Below, piece after piece: positions 26,320-36,089 of a DNA stretch of 64,000 nucleotides. This stretch comes from Desulfobacterales bacterium (GTDB taxonomy: Bacteria; Desulfobacterota; Desulfobacteria; Desulfobacterales; UBA2174). Position numbers and translations under genes: made by a program. The stretch is taken from contig CAXXWC010000018.1 of NCBI GenBank assembly GCA_963668645.2, forward strand, positions 192,001 to 256,000, written 5' to 3'. Within the stretch, counting starts at the first letter, position 1. Each line of letters begins with the position of its first letter. The notes under the pieces were generated by a model. It had not been told where the DNA came from. It was given only the letters and a program-made list of their open reading frames with translations, and ran no database searches.

Positions 26320-27207
26320 ATGAAGACCATTTTTTTTACCACCGCCCAACTCCTGCTGCTGACCCTGGCGAGTTATTTCGGGGTTGGGCTTTTTTACCAG
26401 GTCATGAGCGCCGGCCTCGATCCGGCCATTTCCCCGGCAGTTTCGGCCCGCGCCGCCTCCCGGCCGGCGGGCCCGGAAACGGTCCGGCCGCTGGCCGCAT
26501 ACAGCGCCATCGCGGGGCGCAACCTGTTTCGTACCGCCGATCCGAACAAGGCGCCCGAGACGCCCAAGGCGGTCGATCTGGCCGCCTTGCAGGAGACCAA
26601 ACTGGATCTCAAGCTGTGGGGAACCCTGATCCTGAACGACGGGCGCGGCAGCCGCGCCGTCATCGAGGACAAACAGGCCGGCGGGCAGAACCTTTACCGG
26701 GTGGGCGACAAGGTCAAGGAGGCGCTGGTCAAGATGATCCTCAGAGAGCGGGTGGTGCTGGACGTGGGAGGCAAGGACGAGATCCTGCAGATCGAGGATC
26801 TGGCCGCCGTCTCCGGTGCGGTTCGCACGCCGCCCGGCGCAACGGCAGCACCGGCCGGTCCCCCGCCGGCCGAACCGGAACCGGTGGCCCGGGATGTGAA
26901 TCTGAGCCGCCAAACCATCGAGGAGGCCATGGGCAACGTGGCCGAATTGATGAAGCAGGTGCGCATCCGCCCCTTTTTCGAGGGAGGCAAACCGGCCGGC
27001 CTGAGCCTGGCCGGAGTCACCGCAGGCTCGATCTTCGAAAAGATGGGAATCCGCAACGGCGATGTGCTCCAGGCCGTCGACGGCCAGCCGATCCAGACGG
27101 TGGATGACGTGGTCAACCTCTACCAGAGCCTGAGCAACGCCGAGAACATCGCCATCCAGGTGCGCCGCGGCGGGCGGATCGAGGATATCCAGTACAAGAT
27201 CGAGTAA
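26320..27207 (+). CDS. gspC: Type II secretion protein GspC with PDZ domain
   Basis: TM; RNLF; LKLWGT..AVIED...Q.LYRVGD HR domain; RIRPFF..GKPAG...GSIFEKMGIRNGDV PDZ domain. Confidence 0.9.
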   Translation: MKTIFFTTAQLLLLTLASYFGVGLFYQVMSAGLDPAISPAVSARAASRPAGPETVRPLAAYSAIAGRNLFRTADPNKAPETPKAVDLAALQETKLDLKLWGTLILNDGRGSRAVIEDKQAGGQNLYRVGDKVKEALVKMILRERVVLDVGGKDEILQIEDLAAVSGAVRTPPGATAAPAGPPPAEPEPVARDVNLSRQTIEEAMGNVAELMKQVRIRPFFEGGKPAGLSLAGVTAGSIFEKMGIRNGDVLQAVDGQPIQTVDDVVNLYQSLSNAENIAIQVRRGGRIEDIQYKIE

Positions 27208-27361
27208 GGGGCCCAGGCTCGCAAGTTATCCAGACAGCCTGCAGCCAGTTTCCCACCACCTGTTGAAAATGTCCGGCACCGAAAACCGGTTCTCCCAACG
27301 TCACGGCGGAAATGCCCAAAGTTTATCCTCCGCGTCTCCGCGCGATACCCAAAGCTGCTTG

Positions 27362-30300
27362 TTAACGCCAGCCGGCCACCTCCTGCAAGGCAGACATCGC
27401 CTCGGCGGCCCCGATGCGCCGATTTGCATCCACGTCGCCTGCCAGGGCCGCATGCACCGCCGTATCGCCGGCCAGTACCCGCAGCGCCAGGATAGCATCG
27501 GAAAGATCGACAGCCCCGTCGCTGTTCATGTCGCCGGGGGTCCCGGTATAGAATCGATAGTTGTCGCTGTTGCTGGCCGGCACCTTGGAGATGTTGTCCG
27601 GGTCGGAACCGGCGCTGTCCCAGGCCTCGACGCGGTAGCGGTAGTACGCGTTGGGCCGCAGCACCCCGGGGGGGACCGTGTAGGTGGTCGTCTGGCCGTC
27701 GACAGGCCCGCGATGGAGGGTGCGGCTGCTGTCGTTGTTGTAGATGCGCACCCGGTATTTTTCGGCCCCTTCAATGGGGTTCCAGCGGAAGGTCGGCGTG
27801 ACCGAGGTCACCAAATTGATGCGAACCTGGAGCTGCTTTTCCGGATAACGGGCCGCCAGGACCGTTCCGGTCGGGGTATAGGTGTAGGTGGCCTCATCGG
27901 CTTTGAACACCATGCTGGTTCCGTTCCAGGAAATTCCCACGGTTACGGTTTCACCGGCCTCGACGGTTTTGAGGGTCCCGTTGGCGATGTCCTGCCAGTG
28001 CATCGTCTCGTCCACCAGGTCGGTGGAGATCGAATAGGCCACCCGCATCGGGGTGACGCTGATCGTCGCCCACACATCGAGCCCGTCCTGGTTGAACCAG
28101 TAGCCGCTGATTCTCGCTTGCGGACCGGTTTCCGAACTGGCTTCGGAAACGGTGACGGCCGCCTCCACGGCGTCGACCGATTCGGGGTTTTTCAATGAGA
28201 TGCTCGTATCGGCCCGTCCCACAGAGTTCAGGGTCGACAGGTGCAAGGCCCCCTGGTCGATCTGGATGCCGCCATTGTCCCAATAATTCCATCGATCGGT
28301 GTCCGGCAGGGCGCCTAGGTCGAAAGCATCGTACAGGACGCCGTTGACCTTCACATCGTCGAAAACGGCGTGGATGTATTCCTGTACCGGGTTGTAGAGG
28401 CTAGGCCGGAGCTGGGCCGGATCCACCGGCGCCAGGGGGTTGGCGATCAGCGTATCGGTGGTGGTTGCAGATCGGTTCTCCAGGTCGGTGACGGTGAAGG
28501 TGTAGATGCCGTCCGGGCTTTCCGGCACGGGACCGCTGCCCCAGTAATAGGCGGTCTGGTTGTCGCTGGAACTATCGAAATTGAGGTCCACCGATGACCC
28601 GTCGGGCAGGCTCACCGATACCTGGTGCGAAGACCCGTCTGCCGCGATTCCGTCCGCATCGTAAACCGTCACGCTGCCGGCCAGGAATGTGCCGTTGGGG
28701 GTGGTATAGGTCAGGGCGTTCCAGTCCTCCAGGAACTGGGGTGTACTGGCATGATCGAGGCTGGCGGCCATGGAAAAGGGGATCCAGGCCGATTGGGAGC
28801 GATTCTGCACGTCGAGCCAGTCGCTGCTGTCGGTGGCCCGCACGCGGTATTCGTAGTTAGTGCCGGCGCTCAGTTTTCCGGCCGGAACGGTAAAGTGGGT
28901 CATCGAGTAGGTGCGCGGGGTGCTGACCACCTGCTCGCCGGTGGTGCGGTCCCGGATCTGGAGCCGGTAGGCGATGCGCGCTCCGGCGATGCCCGATGAG
29001 GCCGGGTCGGTGATCGCGGCCCAGGAGAACATGGGGGTCTTGGAGCTGAGCACCGTGTCCGGCTGCACCGCAAAGCCGGTGGCGTCCGGCAGCGGCAAGT
29101 CTCGGTTGATGTGATGGATGCCGGTATAGGTCCGGGTCTGGCCGGCGATGGTGAGGCGGAATGTGTAGGTGCCGACCTGGGGGGAACCTGGGGTTATTGC
29201 ATAGACTTCATTCCACGCCGGATCGAACTGGACTCCGTCGACGCCGGCGGCGATCTGGGCGCCGGTATAGGAAAGATCGATGCCCGGGCCGGTGACGGCC
29301 CACTCGTCGATGTCCTGGGGCAGGGAGCCGCTGTAGTCGTATATGTCGGTGATAAAAAGGGCGCGGACGCCTTGTGCATCGTGGGTATTCATCACCCTGG
29401 AATCGTGACTGAAAGGCGGCTCCACCGTCAGCTGAAGCTGGCGCGGTTGGCTCTCGTCCACAGTGTCATCCGGCATTTCGAGCAGCATAAAACCCGGCCA
29501 GTCGCTGCTGATCGCCACCTGGCCATCCGGCGGTCCGATGAAATTGGTCGGTTCCTGACTGCCATCGTCACCGGGGTTGGAAAGGCCCGCGGTGATCCAG
29601 CCGCCTGCGGCTGGATTGCCGTTTTGATTCACTCGGAACGCCGTTCCGGCAGTCAGGTCCTGGATGGCGTCGAAGGAAAAGATGCGGTCTCCGTGCCACA
29701 GGATGAGAATATACTTGTAGAACTTTGACGCCGGGATGGTGGCGGTTTCCGAAGATTCACCCAGGAAAACCATCTCGGCACCGCTCCAGTCGATGTCATT
29801 GGGGTTCCAGGGCCCGTAAAAAGGCTGGGCCAGCGGGTTGGTGTCGGACCCGAAAACCCGGTAGACCCCCGCTTTGGTCATCACGTAATCGTCGTTGATC
29901 GGTGTGTCGGCCTCCGAGTCGATGAGATTCTCGCCGGCGCTGATCGCCACCGGTCCGCTCACCCCTGTGGTGTCGCCGAAATCGAGGATGCCGTTGTCGT
30001 TCGCATCGTAGATCACGTGCAGGTAGACCGTGGCGCCGATGGGGATGCCGGTCAGGGTGTAGCTGCCTGAATTTTCGAGAAAGACCGCATCGCCGATGGC
30101 ATCGCCGCAGCGGTAGGCCGGTTCGGCGCAGGGCAGGGCGGCGACGAAAAACTTGCCATCTCCGGTGCAGTCGGCACAGGAAACCGTTCCGGACAGGGTC
30201 GCGGTTTCGATCCGGATCTGGGTCGGGTTGTCGTCGCTGAGGATATGCCCGCTGGTCTGGTGGGAATAAACTCTCAGCCATCGGCCCGAGAACAGGTCCC

Positions 30301-32290
30301 CGATTTCGGCAAGCGGGGCTCGCCATTCGATGAAACCGGTTCCCGCGGCCACATCGCCGTTGGCACCGGTCCATAGCACGTTAGGCTCCGCCCACGGATC
30401 CGCCGTTTTCGTGCCGAACCCGGCAACCCACTGCCCGTCCGCGCGATAGGCGTAACAGGCCGGGTTGCCCGCCTGATTGCCGTTTTCATAATCGTTCATG
30501 GCCTCCCAGACATAGGCCATGCCCGTTTCGGCCAACGGATTTCCGTCCGCCAGTTGGATCCCGACATAGAAGTAATTGCTGTCCTTGGCGGCGTAAACCG
30601 CCTGAATGTCGCCACCGGCAAGGTCCGCCCCTTCATTCTCGTCGCCGCTAAAGTCGGTGAAGACCAGGCTGGCGGCGGGCCATCCGCTCTGATTGCCGTC
30701 CAGGACAATGGCGCCGTCAGAGACCGTGGGGATATTGAAAAACGGCCCTCCACTGCCGTCCAGGTGGGTTTCGTGGCGCAGTTCCCATTGGGCCGCAAGC
30801 GCTTTGTTGGTGGCCGCACCGGGCCAGATCCCGTTGAGAACGTGGCCGTTCGTATTGGCGGGAAAGGTGCCGGCCACCGCATCGTCCTGGATGCCGAACT
30901 TGGGCAGTGCGGCGCGGATGTCGAGCGGATTCTGGCCCGTATTGCCGAACACGGCGTTGGGGTTGAGGGATTTCGTCCCGGTTTCCATCGCGTTGCGGAT
31001 GCCGGCAAAGTTGTAAGGCCCCTCGGTACCGGAATTGGTTGTGCGGGTGTAGTTCCCCGCGATGGTATCCCCGTTGACGGTGCCGTTAATCGTGGCCGTA
31101 AAAGGCTCCGATCCGCCGGTGGTCAAATTCCAGGTCACTTGGTTGCCGCTGCGCTGGATGCTTTCCAGGTAGCCCCCGCAGGTGAAAAAGTTGCAACTGT
31201 CTATCCCGTAGAAATTCGTATCCGCCAGGATCAGTTCATCCAAGGTGCCGGCCGGCGGGGTGGTGATGTATTCGAAACTGACGGCCAACCGGGAGCCGTC
31301 GGCAATGTTTGTCAGGGTCCAGCTTTCGTAAGTTTGCGAAAAGTCCGCCGCACGGTTTTCAGCCAAGGCGCTGTTGATTTCTTCCAGTTGGATCAGGTCG
31401 CCCAGGGCATCGCGCCGGGTTTGGTCCGAATCGAAATAGAAAAGGTCGTCGTCCTGGAGATCGCCTTCAAGGCTGATCGCGTCGTAAGCGGCCCGGGCAT
31501 TGTCGATGCCGGCCATCAGGCTGGCGCGGGCCTCCGTGAGGCTTTCGATCCCGTCCGCCGAGCGCAGCTTGAGCAGATCCGGATTTTCATCCAAAAGTTC
31601 CTGGAGGCGCAAAACCCCAGCATTGCCCAGAACCATCAGTTCGCGCAGATCGATGTCCAGGTCGTAGGCCGTCACGATCAAAAGGGACGCCTTGAGCAGC
31701 TGGAGGGTGGATTTGAACAGCAGGATGTCGCCGGCGTCGATTTCCACCTGCTGGTCGCCTGTTTCTGCCGCGCTCAAGGTCAGGGCGAATCCGCTTCCCA
31801 CGGCTTCCAGGTTGGCCAGGGCCCCGTCGATTTCCGTGATGAACGGTCCTTGAAGAAAGGCGTGAAAGGTTGCCCCGTCGGGGACGGTGGCCGGCGGGTC
31901 ATACTGGTCGTAAGACAGGGGCGGTTCGTCGAACGGCTCCTGGCCAAGGGGCCGGGTCGGATGGACGTTCAACCCGAAGAGGCTTGCCAGGTCGGCGGCG
32001 GTGTCGAGGCCGGCGGGACTCGTGTCAATGAAAAAGGCCGCCATGCGCGTGACGGCGCAAAACAGGTGGGCCGTTTTGTCGGTGGGGTCGCTGGAAACCG
32101 CCTGTTCGAACTTGTCGCGGGCCGCCACGATATCGGCATAGGTGGTCACTTGACCCTGGAAAATCAGGGCGCGCCCCTCAGCCACGAGTGCGCTGGAAGC
32201 ATCCGAGGCCTGGGCGGAGGTGATCGGCCCCGCCATACAAAGGGATATGACGATTGTCACTATACTCGCGATACGCCAGTTCGATGTCAT
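27362..32290 (-). CDS. 1642 aa secreted multidomain protein with C-terminal host-type dockerin
   Basis: Signal peptide; helical N-region; DOMON/CBM9-like segment (LDGNQSGW..DI..VYAAKDSNYFYVGI); FN3-like domains (Y.YRV.A.D); GDMNSDGAVDLSDAILALRVLAG...DVDANRRIGAAEAMSALQ. Confidence 0.8.
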   Translation of the reverse strand: MTSNWRIASIVTIVISLCMAGPITSAQASDASSALVAEGRALIFQGQVTTYADIVAARDKFEQAVSSDPTDKTAHLFCAVTRMAAFFIDTSPAGLDTAADLASLFGLNVHPTRPLGQEPFDEPPLSYDQYDPPATVPDGATFHAFLQGPFITEIDGALANLEAVGSGFALTLSAAETGDQQVEIDAGDILLFKSTLQLLKASLLIVTAYDLDIDLRELMVLGNAGVLRLQELLDENPDLLKLRSADGIESLTEARASLMAGIDNARAAYDAISLEGDLQDDDLFYFDSDQTRRDALGDLIQLEEINSALAENRAADFSQTYESWTLTNIADGSRLAVSFEYITTPPAGTLDELILADTNFYGIDSCNFFTCGGYLESIQRSGNQVTWNLTTGGSEPFTATINGTVNGDTIAGNYTRTTNSGTEGPYNFAGIRNAMETGTKSLNPNAVFGNTGQNPLDIRAALPKFGIQDDAVAGTFPANTNGHVLNGIWPGAATNKALAAQWELRHETHLDGSGGPFFNIPTVSDGAIVLDGNQSGWPAASLVFTDFSGDENEGADLAGGDIQAVYAAKDSNYFYVGIQLADGNPLAETGMAYVWEAMNDYENGNQAGNPACYAYRADGQWVAGFGTKTADPWAEPNVLWTGANGDVAAGTGFIEWRAPLAEIGDLFSGRWLRVYSHQTSGHILSDDNPTQIRIETATLSGTVSCADCTGDGKFFVAALPCAEPAYRCGDAIGDAVFLENSGSYTLTGIPIGATVYLHVIYDANDNGILDFGDTTGVSGPVAISAGENLIDSEADTPINDDYVMTKAGVYRVFGSDTNPLAQPFYGPWNPNDIDWSGAEMVFLGESSETATIPASKFYKYILILWHGDRIFSFDAIQDLTAGTAFRVNQNGNPAAGGWITAGLSNPGDDGSQEPTNFIGPPDGQVAISSDWPGFMLLEMPDDTVDESQPRQLQLTVEPPFSHDSRVMNTHDAQGVRALFITDIYDYSGSLPQDIDEWAVTGPGIDLSYTGAQIAAGVDGVQFDPAWNEVYAITPGSPQVGTYTFRLTIAGQTRTYTGIHHINRDLPLPDATGFAVQPDTVLSSKTPMFSWAAITDPASSGIAGARIAYRLQIRDRTTGEQVVSTPRTYSMTHFTVPAGKLSAGTNYEYRVRATDSSDWLDVQNRSQSAWIPFSMAASLDHASTPQFLEDWNALTYTTPNGTFLAGSVTVYDADGIAADGSSHQVSVSLPDGSSVDLNFDSSSDNQTAYYWGSGPVPESPDGIYTFTVTDLENRSATTTDTLIANPLAPVDPAQLRPSLYNPVQEYIHAVFDDVKVNGVLYDAFDLGALPDTDRWNYWDNGGIQIDQGALHLSTLNSVGRADTSISLKNPESVDAVEAAVTVSEASSETGPQARISGYWFNQDGLDVWATISVTPMRVAYSISTDLVDETMHWQDIANGTLKTVEAGETVTVGISWNGTSMVFKADEATYTYTPTGTVLAARYPEKQLQVRINLVTSVTPTFRWNPIEGAEKYRVRIYNNDSSRTLHRGPVDGQTTTYTVPPGVLRPNAYYRYRVEAWDSAGSDPDNISKVPASNSDNYRFYTGTPGDMNSDGAVDLSDAILALRVLAGDTAVHAALAGDVDANRRIGAAEAMSALQEVAGWR

Positions 32291-32341
32291 GGTTTCCTTT
32301 CCTCTCCTCCATCTCGGCCAAAAGTCGGGTGGGTAATGTCG

Positions 32342-33151
32342 TTATCTGCCTGTGGGAGCGGATGACATCCGCTCCTCGGGTTTTAATGCCAAATCGACCA
32401 CCAGCCGGCGACCCCTGGTTCGCCTGCTTTCATCTTCCATGGTGTAGGGGCCTTGCACCGCAATGGTCCCCGTTTCCGGCCGGAGGATGGCCCGTTCGGC
32501 CGCCAGGCGCCGCCCTCCGGCACGGATATGGATTTTCCCCTCCAGGAGCATGTCCTTTTTCTGAAATCTTACCGTTGCCCGCCGGCCGGTGATTCGGGAC
32601 AGGGTCTGGCCGTCTTCATCGAGTAGAACAAGGTCGACCGGTTCGGCCATAAGGCCGGCGATCCGCCCCTTCGAGAACCCTGCCAGAATGTGCTGATCCA
32701 AGCCCTCGACAAGGGTATAGCGCGACCTTGCAGGTGTCTCTGTGCCTTGGGGCAGCGGGGCCTTGACAAGGTGCAGCTCGATCCGCGCATTGGCTAAAAC
32801 GGCTTCCTGGACAAGACCGAAGCGAAAGTGGCCCAGCTTTTTGTGCTGGATGCGAAAGGCATCCGCGGAGATGTGAAACACGGTTTGGCCGTCAACGGTA
32901 TGGGTAAACGAGAAACCGCGAATTTCGACTTGGGGGGCAGGATAGGGGGTGGTCCCGGCCGGTGCGGTTGCAATGGAGTCATGGCGCGCTGGAAAAGAAA
33001 AGTGCCACAGGGCCATTGTCGTGCCGATTGTCGCCACGGCAACGGCCACAGCCAGCAGGAAGAATGCCCGTTTGACTCGGAGGCCCTGGCAGATGGGCAG
33101 CTTCTGTCCCATTTCTCTGCTGACCGCCGGCCCGATCAAGGATATTTTCAT
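32342..33151 (-). CDS. Membrane-anchored hypothetical protein, possibly LptC/OstA-like beta-jellyroll
   Basis: Single N-terminal TM followed by short beta-strand patterns (FHISAD, ITGRRA, LEGKIHI, LAAERA). Fold call is tentative. Confidence 0.45.
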   Translation of the reverse strand: MKISLIGPAVSREMGQKLPICQGLRVKRAFFLLAVAVAVATIGTTMALWHFSFPARHDSIATAPAGTTPYPAPQVEIRGFSFTHTVDGQTVFHISADAFRIQHKKLGHFRFGLVQEAVLANARIELHLVKAPLPQGTETPARSRYTLVEGLDQHILAGFSKGRIAGLMAEPVDLVLLDEDGQTLSRITGRRATVRFQKKDMLLEGKIHIRAGGRRLAAERAILRPETGTIAVQGPYTMEDESRRTRGRRLVVDLALKPEERMSSAPTGR

Positions 33152-33346
33152 ATACAGGTCCGAAGGCGCAAATTTTCAGCTTCAGTTTTTTATCCCGATT
33201 TAGTGCAAGTCTAAAGCCGAATGGCAATGGTTGTCAACGAAGAGACCCATGACACGGCAAATTCCGTTGAATCCAAGATCTGCCGGTTTCACCGAAGGGA
33301 TGCCATCGCTGGACTTGGAATTCGGCAAAATGGCAGGTCTAATTTC

Positions 33347-33375
33347 TTGACACCGGGACGGCCCTAGCTTAAAGT
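33347..33375 (+). promoter_or_regulatory. Sigma70-type promoter for the second scaffold operon
   Basis: TTGACA-17 nt-TAAAGT. Confidence 0.6.
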
Positions 33376-33428
33376 GTTTTCCCATAACGGCAAGCCTTTT
33401 TTACCCTCCAAATCTTCAAGGAAACCAC

Positions 33429-33836
33429 ATGCCGGCAGGCAACCAGATTTTGCGTTGGGTGCTGACGTTGGTGGTGCTCGGCAACTGCCTGCCCTACTTT
33501 GCCTTCGAAGATGTAAACCGTGATCGCAGGGTCGACCTTTTCGACGCCGTCGTTCAGGTGCGCAACATGGTCGATGCGACCCAAGCCGACAAAGCGGTTT
33601 TTGTCACCATTCAGAAAGCTATCCTGGCGGTCAGCGCCACGGCCGGGCTGGAAACCGTTATCCAATCCGGGGCGGATCTGTTCGATGCCGGACGGCTTTC
33701 CATGACCGCCTCTTTCCTGCTGTCCGCATTCCAATGGGATCAGCCGAGCGCAGCCGGCCTTGCCCGGCCGGATCAACCGGTTCGGTTCGACTCCTTGGCG
33801 CGAGAGCCTGTGTTGCCTCCTCCGGAATTGGGTTGA
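33429..33836 (+). CDS. Small protein with one dockerin-like Ca-binding loop and a Pro-rich C-terminus
   Basis: RBS AAGGA; hydrophobic N-terminus; EDVNRDRRVDLFDAV; ends PVLPPPELG. Confidence 0.6.
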   Translation: MPAGNQILRWVLTLVVLGNCLPYFAFEDVNRDRRVDLFDAVVQVRNMVDATQADKAVFVTIQKAILAVSATAGLETVIQSGADLFDAGRLSMTASFLLSAFQWDQPSAAGLARPDQPVRFDSLAREPVLPPPELG

Positions 33837-33998
33837 TTCCCTTCTCAAGACTCCAGGCAACCGAGATCGTCATTGCCGAGGAGCCTGCGACGAAGAATCT
33901 CAATGTGCCGGGGCTGACGTGGCGAGATTCTTCCTCACCCGTATCAAGCTTGAAATATAATTTTTCCCTATTGATCCTATATTTTGGGGAGGCGCCCA

Positions 33999-36008
33999 AT
34001 GAAAAAAATGAAAACCGCCTTCGTTTTTCTGGCGACGATTATTTTGGCTCTGGCTTTTGCGGGTTCGGCACTTGCGGCCAATTTGAGCCTTCAGGCCACA
34101 TCCGACGGCTTGACAGAGGCCGCCCAGTTCATGCAAGGCGATTCGATTTACTTGAACATCATCGTGGACGACTCCACCGGCCTGGCCGGTTGCGCCTTTA
34201 CGGTGACCTACGATGCCACCCTGCTCGATCCGCCGGCCACCAATGCCGACGGTACCCCGGTGGACGGCTCGGTGACCTCGGTTTTCCCGTTTACCTTCCA
34301 AAGCGAGCCGATGCACCGGGAGAACTCGTCCGAAGCGGGAAAGGTCTACCTGGCCGGGGCCACCATCGACGAGAGTACCGGCGGGGCCAAGGCCGGCCAG
34401 ATTGACACCGTTTTGTTCACCCTGATCTTCAAGGTCAAGGACGAAGCGACCATCGGTTCCACTTTCAACTTCGGGCTGGAGCAAACCTGGCTGATGAATC
34501 CGGACGCCGGGTACGGAACCGACGTCGACGGTGACGGGGTCTATGATCCCGGCGACGGAGATTTGAAAGACTCGGTGACGGTGCTGGTGGGTGCCGTGGC
34601 CCAGGGAGAGCCGGGATACGACAATTTCGATTGCAGCGGCGAGGATCCGTGCGCCTTTCCGGAGATCGCCAGCAATCTGCCGGTTGGCAGTACCCAACTA
34701 GAGGTTGTGCCGGTTCCTACCTATACGGTCAGCGGCACGGTCGCGTATGCAGGTCCTCAAACCGGCGACATCCTGGTCGGTGTATTCAACAGTTCGACGC
34801 CCGGTACTGATTCGTTTGTTGCCGGCGTCAGCATCGCGACGCCCGGCGCTTTTACGATTTCCGATGTGCCCGAGGGGGAAAACTACTACCTGGCGGCTTT
34901 CCGCGATTCAGACGGCGGATCCGATTTAGGTACGCCCGTGCTGGATATCGATGCGGCCGAGGCTCAGGGTATACTGACCACACCCTTTGATGTCCTGGAA
35001 GCCGTCAGCGGCAAGTCCGTCACCTTGACCGATCCGGACAACAACGCCGATGGGATCCCAGATTATTGGTACCCGGGGATCGGCGCTGCGGGCGACGACT
35101 TCGACCAAGACGGGTACTCCAACCTGGTGGAATTCCAGAACCAGACGGATCCGACGGCCGACGACCCGCCGTTCGGGACGGGATATGATGCCGCTACTGA
35201 TGAGCGTGGACCATATCAGAAAGTGACACCCAGTCCGGCATCCATCCGCAATGCAGCCGGCAAGTCCTTCTCTTTCGCGGTCAATTACACCACGACCGAC
35301 AACAATCCCAACTTGGCCGGCCTTGGGCTGAGAATTCATTATGACTCGTCCAAGCTCACGTGGGACAATTTCTCGGATACCCTTTCACAGAGCCTGACAA
35401 GCACAGGGACGGCACCTCAAGACGACACCGAGGACGCAGACAACGATCCGTCCACCGACGAGTACGTCATCATCGCCTGGTCGGATACGAGCGGCCTGTG
35501 GCCGGGAAGTCTGCCCGCGACGCTGTTCAATATCCAGTTTACGTTGAATTCGGAACTGGCCGAGGGGGAGACCACGACGATCCGGTTCTCCTATACCTCC
35601 AAGGCGGTTTCGCACTCCTTCTTCGCAGACAGCGCAACCGTGACCGTGTCGCCGTTCTCGTTGGATATCGATGGCAACGGCGTGGCGGACGCTCTGACCG
35701 ATGGGCTGCTCATCATGCGCTATCTGTTCGAAGCCCGCGGCAGCGATCTGATCGTAGGTGCGGTGGATACCTACAATGGGACGCGCACTACGGCGGAGGA
35801 GATTGAGAGCTACATCGCCGGTGGTATCTCTTCGCTGGACATCGATGGCAACGGCGTGGCGGATGCTCTGACCGATGGGCTGCTAATCATGCGCTATCTG
35901 TTTGAAGCCCGCGGCAGCGATCTGATCGTAGGCGCGGTGGATACCTACAACGGGACCCGTACCACGGCTGCGGAAATCGAAGGTTATGTCGAAGGACTCT
36001 TGCCCTAG
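33999..36008 (+). CDS. Scaffold P: cohesin, Ig, Ca-binding linker, GLRIHY module, two DALTDG dockerin-like repeats
   Basis: RBS GGAGG; signal peptide; LAGCAFTVTYD cohesin; YTVSGTVAYAGPQTG Ig; DGIPDYW..DGYSN..TDPT..GYD..TDER linker; LAGLGLRIHYDSS..DNDPSTD..AWSD..GLWPG module. Confidence 0.8.
   Translation: MKKMKTAFVFLATIILALAFAGSALAANLSLQATSDGLTEAAQFMQGDSIYLNIIVDDSTGLAGCAFTVTYDATLLDPPATNADGTPVDGSVTSVFPFTFQSEPMHRENSSEAGKVYLAGATIDESTGGAKAGQIDTVLFTLIFKVKDEATIGSTFNFGLEQTWLMNPDAGYGTDVDGDGVYDPGDGDLKDSVTVLVGAVAQGEPGYDNFDCSGEDPCAFPEIASNLPVGSTQLEVVPVPTYTVSGTVAYAGPQTGDILVGVFNSSTPGTDSFVAGVSIATPGAFTISDVPEGENYYLAAFRDSDGGSDLGTPVLDIDAAEAQGILTTPFDVLEAVSGKSVTLTDPDNNADGIPDYWYPGIGAAGDDFDQDGYSNLVEFQNQTDPTADDPPFGTGYDAATDERGPYQKVTPSPASIRNAAGKSFSFAVNYTTTDNNPNLAGLGLRIHYDSSKLTWDNFSDTLSQSLTSTGTAPQDDTEDADNDPSTDEYVIIAWSDTSGLWPGSLPATLFNIQFTLNSELAEGETTTIRFSYTSKAVSHSFFADSATVTVSPFSLDIDGNGVADALTDGLLIMRYLFEARGSDLIVGAVDTYNGTRTTAEEIESYIAGGISSLDIDGNGVADALTDGLLIMRYLFEARGSDLIVGAVDTYNGTRTTAAEIEGYVEGLLP
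35658..36005 (+). repeat. Two tandem 174-nt (58 aa) dockerin-like repeats
   Basis: SLDIDGNGVADALTDGLLIMRYLFEARGSDLIVGAVDTYNGTRTTA starts at 35658 and again at 35832. Confidence 0.9.
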
Positions 36009-36030
36009 CATCACTGCTCGTGAGGGAGTA

Positions 36031-36062
36031 ACCGACGCCCGCGGTTAATGTCGGGCGTCGGT
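36031..36062 (+). promoter_or_regulatory. GC-rich intergenic stem-loop without U tail
   Basis: 11-bp stem ACCGACGCCCG/CGGGCGTCGGT. Confidence 0.6.
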
Positions 36063-36089
36063 CTGGCGCGGTGATGAGGATGGCTTGAA

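Noticed and set aside
35658..36005. CRISPR-like or non-coding repeat array
   Set aside because: The repeats are in-frame protein repeats with synonymous changes; no repeat-spacer array or cas gene was seen in the window.
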